A DNA stretch of 64,000 nt from Lama glama (Eukaryota), in contig CM052816.1 in NCBI GenBank assembly GCA_028534125.1, forward strand, positions 75,332,001 to 75,396,000, given 5' to 3'. The translations under genes were made by a program, and so were the position numbers. Each line of letters begins with the position of its first letter. Position 1 is the stretch's first letter. Positions 25,193 through 35,653 of the stretch are shown here, one piece after another. The notes under the pieces were generated by a model, which made no database searches, was not told the origin of the DNA, and saw nothing but the letters and a program-made list of their open reading frames with translations.

Positions 25193-26345
25193 CTGAGTTG
25201 GAAGGGTGAAACATCTAGAAAAAGCTGTGCCTCAGGGGATGTAGATCAGGAGTAGAGCAACAAGATGTGAGGAAGCCAGAGTAGCAGATGGGGAATGATG
25301 ACATCTGCTTTTTCTAATATGTGAAAAATCCAGAATACATTAATTTAATTTTACTTCTTAGTCATGCCCAAGAATTAAAGGAGGCTTTAAAAAATAAAAT
25401 TACAACTTGAAATATTTTTTTCCTTTTTTGGGTCCAATCATATTTCAAATGGCACTCTGTACTTACAAGACAAATCATACACAGGTTCATCACTACACTT
25501 CTGGAGTTTTGTATTTGTAACTGCCAAAAATAACTAACCAACTAACTAGATTCTTCCGAGGAAGAAATCTCTTCTAAATTTGGAAGCAACTCCAGCAAGA
25601 GCTTTCACTGTTGAGAGTAACTGTCCGTGAAGAAAATAGTCTATTAGTTAATTTTTAAATGTTGTCTGTTGTGTTAATTTGTAAGAAAAAATAATTGTTT
25701 TTTCAATATGTAAGAAGTACTTGACTTTATCTATGTTCACGGTTGCCTAAATGCAGGGTCAGAAATGAAGTTGAATGTGCCAGTACTGTACTGTTCTCCT
25801 GCATTTTTTTTCTCCCTTCCTCTATTCCTGTGACCTCTTACACTTTCCCAAGTGTATGAGGTGACACTGATCGTCTGCTGGTGAAAAGGTCTTCTTTATT
25901 CATTGAAACAAGCCCTCTAGGCTTAAAATAAACCTGAAATAAGGGAAAGAGCAAGGTTGCAGACAAAGTATTTGGAAACTGGCGAGTCCCTATAAATTCT
26001 AGTTTATGGACGGTCACGTATGCCACCTACATAGAAAACCAGTTCTAATGAATACATTCCAATGAATACATTAAAAATAGAAGACGATCTTCTGAATTTT
26101 AAAATATTTATTAGATGGCATCTTTTCTTATCATTTTACAAACCGTTTGGTCTATTGAAGTCCTCTGTGTACTACACTAGGTTATAAAAAGGACACTTCT
26201 AAGACATTTGAATGAACTAGGTAAATATTCCTGAGTATTTCCTTTGGCTCATTTGAGGAAGAGACAGGGACATTGCAAGAGGGAAAGAAGTTAGGAAGGA
26301 CAAAGGACTGAAATGTAACCACATCATGCCTTGTTATTTTTCTAG

Positions 26346-27054
26346 GATCTCATGATTCCTTCAGCTTCTACATTGATGAAGCCTCTCCAGTGGGGCCTGA
26401 ACAGCCAGAAACTGTCCAGAATTTTGTCTCTGTGTTTGGAACTGTAGCCAAAAAGCTGATGCGGAAATGGCTGGCCACTCAAACAATGAACTTCACTGGT
26501 CAGCTAGGAGCTGGGATCCGTTATTTTGATCTACGAATTTCCACCAAGCCCAGAGACCCCGACAATGAACTCTACTTTGCTCATGGTTTGTTCAGTGCCA
26601 AAGTCAGTGAAGGCCTAGAGGAGATCAATGCATTCCTCACAGATCACCATAAAGAGGTAGTATTCTTGGACTTCAACCATTTTTATGGGATGCAGAAATA
26701 CCACCATGAAAAACTGGTGCAAATGCTGAAAGACATCTACGGGAATAAAATGTGCCCAGCGATTTTTGCCCAGGAGGTGAGTCTCAAGTACCTGTGGGAG
26801 AAGGACTATCAAGTGCTGGTCTTCTATCACAGCCCAGTGGCTCTGGAGGTGCCCTTTCTCTGGCCAGGCCAGATGATGCCAGCACCCTGGGCCAACACCA
26901 CCGACCCAGAAAAACTGATCCAGTTTCTTCAGGCGTCCATCACTGAGAGAAGAAAGAAGGGGTCGTTTTTTATATCTCAGGTGGTGCTGACCCCCAAGGC
27001 CAGCACCGTGGTCAAAGGCGTGGCCAGCGGTCTCAGAGAAACAATCACAGAAAG
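26346..27054 (+). CDS. PLCXD3: PLCXD3 internal coding exon (exon 2), PI-PLC X-domain containing protein 3; 709 bp, phase 1 start, phase 2 end
   Basis: Acceptor ttgttattttttctAG (AG at 26344-26345) and donor AG|GTAAGT (GT at 27055-27056). Translation (G)SHDSFSFYIDEASPVGPEQPETVQNFVSVFGTVAKKLMRKWLATQTMNFTGQLGAGIRYFDLRIS...YFAHGLF...ASGLRETITER is near-identical to mammalian PLCXD3 as I recall it. It includes the two PI-PLC catalytic histidines (SHDS, AHG) and the GIRYFDLR motif. The ORF-track start (GTG 26390) and stop (TAA within the donor site) are artefacts of not splicing. Confidence 0.98.
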
Positions 27055-27147
27055 GTAAGTGTCTTTAAAATATCAGGAGAAATTTTAAGTAATTAAACCC
27101 AAATTCAAAGAGCTAGTAACTTATGGAACTAATAAAATTCATACTCA

Positions 27148-27564
27148 TGTATGTTAGTTTCCCAGCTATCACAACAGAGTACTACAAGCTAGGTGGCTTG
27201 ATACAAGAGAAATTTACTGTCCCTCAGGTCCAGAGGCTAGAAGTCTGAAAGCAAGATGTCAGCAGGATCGACTCCCTCTGAGGGCTCTGAGGGGGAACCT
27301 TTCCCATGCCTCTCCCAACAGGGTCCATTAACTTATAGATGCATCATTCCAATACCTGCCTCCACCTTCACATGGCATTCTCCCTGTGATTCTCTCTCTT
27401 CTCCTCTTATAACTGGTCATATTGGATTAGGGTCCACCCTGATGATCGCATCGTAACTCCATTACATCTGTAAACATCCTGTTTCCAAATAAGGTTACAC
27501 TTACAGGTACTGGGGATCAGAACTTCATTATGTCATTTTGTAGGACACAGACCAACCCATTGCA
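27148..27564 (-). mobile_element. MaLR LTR (MLT1C-like), ~95 bp downstream of exon 2
   Basis: ttagtttcc…gaggctagaagtctgaaagcaagatgtcagcagg…tcatattggattagggtccacc…ttccaaataaggttacac…caacccattgca. Confidence 0.9.
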
Positions 27565-27619
27565 GTATGCACTTTGACTCCACATCTGGTTATCTTTTCA
27601 TAGCACTCCTTTTCACATT

Positions 27620-27856
27620 TGTGTGGCACTTTATAGATTACAAAGCCCCTTCTCTACTATTTTCAGGGTATTTTCACGTACCTAATTCCATCTGATTTGC
27701 GTGACAACACTGGGAAGTAGATATTGTCTCAGAGATAAAAATTAAGGTTCAGAGAAGTGATACGTTTTGCCTAAAGCCACTTGGCAATGAATGATGACAC
27801 AAAGACTCAACCCCCATTCTTCTCAAGCCATAATCTGTGCCTTTACGCTATACTCT
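27620..27856 (-). mobile_element. MIR
   Basis: ggcactttatagattacaaagc…aaattaaggttcagagaagtgatacgttttgcctaaagccac. Confidence 0.7.
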
Positions 27857-28150
27857 AAGCAAGAATCATCCTCCAGAGGGTAGACATTTCATTGATTAAG
27901 CCCAGCCATACATGTAGAGTAGTGATTACCTGTGAGGTATAATTAACAATCACCAAAGATCTCTGTAGCTCATTCCCCTGACACAAAATGTAGAATGTAA
28001 TTATTATTTATTCTTTTCAGTTAAAGTACTAAGCAAGACAAACATTGTCTGAAGACCAAACACAATTCCTATCACACCTTGTATCTTTAATTGATATTTT
28101 GAATTATGATAAAGAGAGAGTGCATGAATATCTTGCTCAGGGTCTTTGTA

Positions 28151-28204
28151 AGAAAAGACAAGAAAATGAGGAGAAAAGACAAGAAAATGAGGAGAAAAGA
28201 CAAG
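28151..28204. repeat. 21-bp tandem repeat, ~2.6 copies (agaaaagacaagaaaatgagg)
   Basis: Exact copies at 28151-28171 and 28172-28192, partial copy at 28193-28204. Confidence 0.9.
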
Positions 28205-28209
28205 GAGGT

Positions 28210-28830
28210 GAGAATGCTATGGGTGGCCTTCCAGCATAGCATATAGGGTGAGAAATGGCAGATGAAACTTGTAGTGGGGCAGGCACATATTTGCAAGTAG
28301 GCTTTTAGCCAGGCTACTGGGAATTTCATCCTGTGAACAACGGGGAGCTGAAAAAATTATATTTAGTGGTGGAGTGACTTGACCAGGTCTGCATTTTGAG
28401 ATAATTGATGAAGCATGGAGGGTAGATGGGGTGGGGAGAGTGAGCAGTTAAGAGGTGCCTGGAACTGTTTTAGGAAGGAAGTGCAAGCCAAACTGAAGAA
28501 GTGAGAAAATGTAGGAGGGGACAAGATGGCACAGCAAAAGTTAGGGTGAATTGGTGGCTATTCAGCTATATGGTTTGAATGAGAGAAAAGAGTTAAGAAT
28601 TAAGTTTCTTCTTGAGAAGCAGAATGAGTGATGAAACCATTCACAGAGGCAAGAAACAAAGGTACACAGACTTCAGAAAGCGGTGGGGAAGACACAATCA
28701 GGGTTATGCCAAGTTTAAGGTGCTAGTGGGTCATCCAAGCAGATGTGGCCAGTTGACCATTAGGAATGTAGGCTGACTTATTTGGGGAATACTGGCATTT
28801 TTTGGCAATGAAAGCCACAAGCAAATGGAG
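28210..28830 (-). mobile_element. L2 fragment
   Basis: tttcatcctgtgaacaacggggagc, gagtgacttgaccaggtctgcatttt, accattcacagag, gccaagtttaaggtgctagtgggtcatccaag. Confidence 0.7.
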
Positions 28831-29989
28831 AGGAAGGGTTCTTCCATACAAAACTATAACTTCCTTCTCTTATTCAGATGTTAGCTGAGATCTCCCTGTT
28901 CCTTCAATTCGGATAAGACTCCTAACCCTTCACTGTACACCCTACACAAGTTTGAAGGCTTCCCTAAGATTTCTGCTGATGTCCGGGTTTCTTACATTCT
29001 GATGCTATGAGCCTTGCTGCTTCTGGATTACAAAATTTTATGAACTGATTGTCCCATGTGGCCTGTCCATGTCCCACCCTGTGTAATTTGAGACATGGAA
29101 CTTGCTTCTTGCTCAATTTCCACAATGGTTTATTTGGACTTAACTGAAGATCTAAGGAGACAAGGGAGAGTTTATAATCATGATTTAAAGTTGAATTTTA
29201 GACTTATCTGGAATTACAAATTTCCTGGCCTGGCCCATCTCCTGATGACATCTGTACCACTTTTCACTGTAGACTCAAGTCCTCTGACTGAATCCTCTCC
29301 TCCATCTCTTTCTCCTTGTCCTTTTCTCATCTGTTTTCTCTCCCTCACCCCTTTACTGCAGTGGAGACTCTGCACTCTCCTCTGGATTATTATACCAAAC
29401 TATTCACCTCTCTCCCTGGCCCTAAGCCTCCATTCAGTTAGTCCCATCAATGTATTCATTGGAAAAGAAGACTTTTTATTTAATAGCACCACCTTCTACA
29501 AAAATTACTTGTTCTGGTAAATAACAACTTACCACTTAAAAATGAGGATATATAGTATATACACATGAGTGTGTTGTTTTTCAAATTTACCCCAAAAAGC
29601 CCCCAGATTTTTGAGGAATTCCCATGAGAGATGGGTCTGGGGATCCGCCGACCCCAATTCTCTTTATTTCTCGCCACACTTTTAATGAAAAATGCTTTGC
29701 TTTTAACATTTACATATTGGGCATGAAAGGGAGTCTTCCCTTCCAGCTTTACCTTCTGTTGTATAGTTTTATGCTTAGGAAAAGAAAACACTTCCAAATA
29801 ACTTGCCTACTTTGCACTTGGCCAAGAACTGTACCCTGCTTCCATACCTGTGCAGGGAATAGCCTTTGGGAAATCAAGAAGCAAAATCTACTCAAGGAAT
29901 AAACGACTTTCAATTCTCTCTCTTATGGCATTTCATTAAGGCTTTGCAAGCTATAAGTTGAACTGCTTTTTGGTTACTTATGCTTTAGT

Positions 29990-30240
29990 ACAGTATTACC
30001 AAAGTAGGATTTGTGGAATAAAGATCAGATAAGTTAGGGAAGTGTTGAAAATGATTAATATATATCTGTACAACTCTCCCAAAAGAGTCACAGTGCACAT
30101 TAGCATATAAAAGGCACTAACAAGTATTTTAGCGAAGAATCCTATTTAAATTTAACTAATAATAATGTTTTCCAAGCACTAAATACTTTTTTTTTCCAGA
30201 TAGCACTTATTAACAGCCCATGGAATTAATTTTGACAAAA
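29990..30240. mobile_element. hAT-Charlie element (Charlie4/MER80-like); inverted homologue of 61147-61497
   Basis: cacagtgcacattagcatata and gataagttagggaagtgttg correspond to aatatgcta…attgtga and aataagtttggaaaacac in the 61-kb copy. Confidence 0.6.
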
Positions 30241-30829
30241 TGTCCTCAGCCACCTGCTCTAATTCAGAACTTCTCACTTGCCTCTGGCTTATAAGTCTGC
30301 AATAGTAGAGTGTATCATTGAAAAGAGAGAAGTGGGGAAAGAATTTTTGAAGTATAAATGAGAACCCTATAGGTAGAATCAACTTTTGTCTGTCTAAGAT
30401 TATGCAAATCACTTGCAAATGATTTGCAAATATGTCTGAACCTGGCTGTGACACTTGCGCTGTAAGCATTCTCAGTGGCGTTTGTCTCAGTACTGGAAGA
30501 CCTCCTTTTGAACCAGTTGCAAGGCCTGTATTGTGCACATGGTGTTAATATGCAATTCAGAGGTTTGGGTTGGTTTGATTTGGGCATATTTCAGCTTTCT
30601 AGGGGAGGCCTACAGGGAAGGGTTGGGGTCAGTCCTTGGATAATGCCTTGCAAAGGTAATTTACTTACTCTTGGTGTAGTCAGTGAAAGAACACTTGACT
30701 CCCTAAGAACATATTTCGTCTCTCTTCTCACCAAGTGAAAAAGACTTTTTCGGCCTGTCCCTTGCTCTTATGCCAAAGCAGTTCATTCAGAAAGTCCTTT
30801 GCCACCAAAGGAGAAGTCACTATGCAATG

Positions 30830-30935
30830 TTAAGACCTCTCTTGGCCTTTGGTATACTTTTATCTGCAAAATTTGGAGTTTGAATTCAATTGTCTCCAAG
30901 ATTCTTTCCAGTTCTAAAATCCTACAATTCTAAGA
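30830..30935 (+). mobile_element. MIR (MIR3-like) 3' fragment
   Basis: ttatctgcaaaatttggagtttgaa…tctccaagattctttccagttctaaaatcct. Confidence 0.65.
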
Positions 30936-31614
30936 TCCTGCTTTTGACTAGTTTCTCTATGATTCTTTACTATGCCTAATATTTGGGTTAACAAAACTCT
31001 GAGCACATGAATTTAGAAAACAGTGTTTGACGATGTGGGTGGCTTTCAGGGAAATTCAATCAAGCCTGGATTTAGGTTCCATAGCTTTCAATCTGGCCAC
31101 TGGTTCCAAATACTGCAGATGCGTTTTCTACACTTCAGCAATGCCAAAAGACACAGATTTTTTTTTTTATTTCTTAAAGACCTATTTTTAATTTATTTTT
31201 CAAACACCAGCTTTTGCACCTCACCCCCACGGAATTCACACCTTCTTAAAAAGAAGGTATGCAACTTGAGTCAAATCTTTCCCTAATTTGTGGAAGTTTA
31301 TTAAGTTGTAAGGTTTTTTTTAGTTAAAAAAATTCCGTTAGATCACCTGTCAGAATATTTAAGGAGCAGTTCATCTCTGTAAGTAAACTGATGCTGAATG
31401 AATTTACACGATGCTTTTACAGGCCAACAATGTAGATGATGATGATAACACTAATAATAATGATGGTCTATTAAGTGGTCTCTGTCTGTTTAATACTAGG
31501 CTAACTGCTCTGCCCATTTATTCTCATGATCACAGTCATTGCCTTGAAGCTAAGGCAGAATTTTCAGGATGTGGCTGGTTTTCAATAAGCACCCATTTTA
31601 CTCATGTGGGGAAA

Positions 31615-31835
31615 GGAAGGCAACTACATTGGCTGAACGCACATTACAGGCCAGACCCTGTGCTGCGGCTTACGTGAGTTGTATCCATTCAATCCTCTCT
31701 GCAGCCTTGCAAGGTAGGCATGAGATCCGTTAGAGATGGAAGACTGAGCCTGAGAAATGTCTGGTACCTTGCTCTGAAATTCCGTATTAGTCTAGCAAAG
31801 CCAGGATTATTATTTGGGTCTGACTCCAAGTCCCC
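31615..31835 (-). mobile_element. MIR
   Basis: cattcaatcctc…aaggtaggc…gagatggaagactgagcctgaga…gcaaagccaggatt…tctgactccaa. Confidence 0.75.
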
Positions 31836-32149
31836 CACTTACTCCTGCAAAGTAGGTGAAATTCACATTCTTAGCAATGGATGCGTATAATACATTATTT
31901 ATCATCTTGGAAGGCAGAGTCAGATCTAGAGAGGTGGGAAGGTAACGTATACTGGCAGTGTGGCGGGCAAGACTGTGAGAAGGGCAGATTGGAACTGTGT
32001 GGCTTGGCCTCAAGAAAGCAAACCCAGGCAGCATGCTGGCAGGGGTCCCTCAGGGAAGCACTGCTGCTGTTGAATAAAAGAAATGAAGGGGACTTAGAGG
32101 TGACCTGGCTCAATCCTCCTTGCCCTGTATTTATTGCCCACTTGACTGT

Positions 32150-32256
32150 TTTCCGTTTAGTAGGGAAACTGAGGCCAGAGGAATGCTAAACAGTCGCCGA
32201 AGGTCACAGAGCTAATGGGCAGCAAAGATGGAGTCTTATTCCAGGTCTTCTGGCTT
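32150..32256 (-). mobile_element. MIR fragment
   Basis: gggaaactgaggccagagg…gaaggtcacagagctaatgggcag. Confidence 0.75.
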
Positions 32257-33137
32257 GCAGGAACAGTTCTGCCCTCCACACTTCAGGAAGGGATGAGCAC
32301 AGAAAATAGACAGAAAAATGTGGGTGTGACCAGAGAATATCAGGCGGCAGGGAACAGCATGGAAATGTGAACCAGCTTTTGGTCTGCACCATTCATAGCA
32401 TAGCATAGTGCCCTGGAACCTTGGCTGGAAGGGACAAATGTCAGGCTGGGGATAAACCATGGATTTTGTTCAGGGCCAGCCTTCCCTGGGACCTCTCTCT
32501 TTCTGTTTCAGGAGCACAATAGACTATTTTTTTCCATTCAGTGGGAACACATCCCAGCTCGCAACCACACCCCAACAACACTCTGCTGCCCAACTTATCC
32601 TATCAGTGCCTGGACCCAGCAGGTATGGGACTGGTCTCTGGGAAGGTGTTCCCCTGCAAACCAGTCATCTTCACATTTTAGCATCTTTGGGGAGCCAAGG
32701 AAAATCTCCCTAAGTGACGGAGACTCAGAATGGTTCAAAGACAGCTACAGGGTGACATGAGAGAGCATCAGTCTTCATAAAGAACAGCTTTCTGGCTCTA
32801 CTCGCCCAGGCCATGCCCCCAAATAGGTCGCCACGCTAGTAGAGCTAGTCTACTATCAGTGTATTCAGTAAAAGTGAAAGCTGCTTTCTCAGGCTACATA
32901 TGCCTAAAGAGAAAGAATATCAAAGGCATTATGGAAAACCAGCATTAGAATAATTATTTATGTTTTCATCATAAGATCCATTTTTCAACATATATTTATT
33001 GGAGGCTTCATGTGTTCAACAGATGTTATTCCCAATTTTCAATTTAGGAAACTGAAGGTCAAAAAGACTAAATAATTTGTTCAGGCAGTGATGTGAGGCA
33101 GTGCTGGAATCAATTCAGAATGTGGGTCTTCTGCCAA

Positions 33138-33252
33138 AACTCTAGTTCAAAAAGATACATGCACCCCAATGTTCATAGCAGCATATTTACAATAGCCAAG
33201 ACATGGAAGCAACCCAAGTGCCCATCAACAGACAATTGGTTTAAGGAGATGT

Positions 33253-33288
<36 letters not shown>

Positions 33289-33301
33289 CATATAATGAAT
33301 A

Positions 33302-33351
<50 letters not shown>

Positions 33352-33798
33352 GAAATATTACTCAGCCATAAAAAATGAAGTATTGCCATTTGTAGCAACA
33401 TGGATGGACATAGAGATGATCATACTAAGTGAAGAAAGTCAGACAAAGACAAATATTATGTTATCACTTATATGTGGAATCTAAAAAATAATAAAATAAA
33501 TCTGTATACAAAATGGAAATAGACTCACAGACATAGAAAACAAACTTACAGTTACCAAAGGGGAAAGGGAGGAAGAGAGAAATAAATTATGAATATGGGA
33601 TTAACAGATTCAAACTACCATATATAAAATAGGTAAGCAGCAAGGATTTACTGTATGTCATGGAGAACTATACTCAATATCTAATAATAACCTATAATGG
33701 AAAATAACCTGAAATGTGTGTATGTGCGTGTGTATCTGAATCACTTTGCTATACACCCAAAACTAATACAATATTATAGATCAACTATACTTCAAAAA
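33138..33798 (+). mobile_element. 5'-truncated artiodactyl-type L1 (end of ORF2 plus 3' UTR) inserted in a MIR remnant
   Basis: aaagatacatgcaccccaatgttcatagcagca…atagccaagacatggaagcaacccaagtgcccatc (FTIAKTWKQPKCPS); 3' UTR gactcacagacatagaaaacaaactt…caactatacttcaaaaa. The reverse-strand MIR core lies at 33030-33135. Confidence 0.93.
33255..33349. repeat. Compound (TG)n…(TG)n(TA)n microsatellite inside the L1
   Basis: Seen directly in the sequence. Confidence 0.95.
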
Positions 33799-34799
33799 GA
33801 GTCTAAGTCTTTTGAACTACTAGAACAAGAAGTCTGGCTTGTAAATCAGAAGGAAGTTCCAGAAAGCTCCTCTTTTCCTAGTCCAGGGCTAGGAAACTGG
33901 ACAGTGCTTATGCTGCCCTCAGAGGTTCTGACTGAGCACCTGATGCTCAAAGATTTTCATTTCTAAGAGACCCAGGTGAGCCTCGCTTTAAGTTGCACTG
34001 CTCCTGCCTGCAGATAAGCTGCACCTCAACTGCTCCAACCAAAAGAGGAACTTGGTTTTAAGAAATCTGGAAAGAGAATCAGCCCCAAGATTTATCAGTG
34101 CCCTCCCCACCTCAGGTCCTGGTAGTCCTTCCTTAAATCTAAGCTATGAGTCCTTGACCCACAGGACCTGCTAGATTTAAGTTCAGACTTGCTGGTCCTG
34201 TCACTAAGGTAGAGCTGCTGATAGTTCATTTCCAAAAAGTGGTCCTCAGCTCTTCTCTCCCATGTGTTTCTCTCCCAAGTGACATAGCTTGAGCCTAGGA
34301 TTGCTGTGCTTCAGAAGCACAGGCAAAGGCTCCTGGGAGGGGTTCTTTGTCCCCCTGGGCTCTGAAGCACATCCCACGGGAGAAGCCTTAGTAACTTCCA
34401 GACGCAGTGTCTTCCACCAAAACCAACCAACATTACAGCACCAATTAACATTACGGCTCTTTGCCACCCAATGGCCTCGCCAGCCCTGATTTCAAACAGT
34501 AAAAAGACTTCCAACTTGAGGCTTTGTGACAGAAGAGTGGTTTTAGCCCGGGTCATGCTGAGGTTATGGTAGGAATGGAGGGCTGTCTGTAACTCTCTCC
34601 GTTTTAACAACTTTTGACTCAAGAATTTTTGAAGCAGGAGTGCACATAAAAGCTCTTGCTCTCCTTCATTCTGCTGATGTTATAAGATTAAAGTACAGGC
34701 AAATAGAGATAGACTCCTTTCATTATTTGTAGCAGGAAAGTCAAAGACTGGAGAGAATTGCCAGCTATTGAGAGGTCAGATACCCATTCAGTGCCTTGT

Positions 34800-34847
34800 G
34801 AGAGAGAGAGAGGGTGAGAGAGAGAGAGAATGTGTGTGAGAGAGAGA
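34800..34847. repeat. Imperfect (GA)n microsatellite
   Basis: Seen directly in the sequence. Confidence 0.85.
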
Positions 34848-35179
34848 ATGACTTAGGATAGAAGTCTCTGGATCTCACTTTTCTGATGTGGATTGATGGA
34901 GTTTAATGTCTGAAGAGGAACTAACCTAGTATGTAGCTGGTACTCACAAAAAGCCGAGCAGGTGGGTTGATGGGGTAGAGGGAATAAGGATGAAGTGTCC
35001 AGGCAGCAGGAATGTTTATCAGTCAGATCATGGCACAACAGTGTAGGGACTTCAGCCAGGAACTAAGGGGATGAGAGGCTTGTTTGGGGTTTGAAAAGAA
35101 CCATGACACGGATTGTCAGGTAGATGATCAAGTAAGAGGTTTCTGATTCAAGAAGTAAAATGGACCAGATCCAGACAGC

Positions 35180-35653
35180 TCAGACCATATTCTGAGGCAG
35201 TGAGAAGGAGGCCTTCGGGAGGACATACACCATGGGAACCATGACGTCCCAGTGAGACAGTGATAGAAAGGACTTATAGAATCAGAATTTAGGCTGGGTG
35301 ACTTGCGGGAAGGTTTAAGGAAGCAGAGGTCCTCTCTAGATTGGATGCTGTCAGGACAAGTCTATAATTGGGTATCTCAGTAAGTCTCAGCTTTAGGACT
35401 AGAGAGAGGATAAACTATAATTGGTAAAGAAGTTCATTTTTGTCTAGAGAGGTCAATGTTCTGTACTTTGTGGGTGATATTGTTTCTGTGCTCAGACAAA
35501 ATTATAAATATCCTTTTTTTAATCTCACTTTCTCATGATCTCGAGCAATCTCGCCTGAGGTTGGTATTCTGGGAGATTATGTCCAGCAGGAGTAGAACGT
35601 GGCCTAGGTGTGAGAGTCAGGGCAGCTGCCAGATGTCAGGACCTGCTTTTTCA
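35180..35653 (-). mobile_element. ERV1-class solo LTR (MER110/MER90-like)
   Basis: ggtttaaggaagc, gattggatgctgtcagga, taattggtaaagaag, tgctcagacaaaattat, tgaggttggtattctg, gtggcctag match a recalled old ERV1 LTR; the subfamily is uncertain. Confidence 0.65.

Larger units (their letters stand above)
1..26345 (+). other. PLCXD3: 3' part of the PLCXD3 intron upstream of exon 2
   Basis: Ends in the exon-2 acceptor. No sequence encoding the PLCXD3 N-terminus (…LADWM…LTNLAIP) was seen, and repeat density is typical of a long intron. Confidence 0.8.

Noticed and set aside
26047..26072. Small tandem duplications (aatgaatacatt x2; also caattacatat x2 at 59333-59354)
   Set aside because: Ordinary slippage products with no sign of function.
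26615..26946. Overlapping ORFs (26615-26830 minus; 26752-26946 plus)
   Set aside because: Shadow frames of the PLCXD3 exon with no recognisable similarity.
26390..27058. 222-aa ORF as a standalone or processed gene
   Set aside because: Homology extends upstream to a splice acceptor and the stop codon lies inside a GTAAGT donor; it is an internal exon.
28151..28204. CRISPR-like or coding repeat
   Set aside because: Head-to-tail minisatellite without spacers in mammalian DNA; no cas genes anywhere in the window.
29095..29520. 141-aa ORF
   Set aside because: Driven by a CT-rich low-complexity tract (Leu/Ser/Pro-rich); no recognisable protein family.
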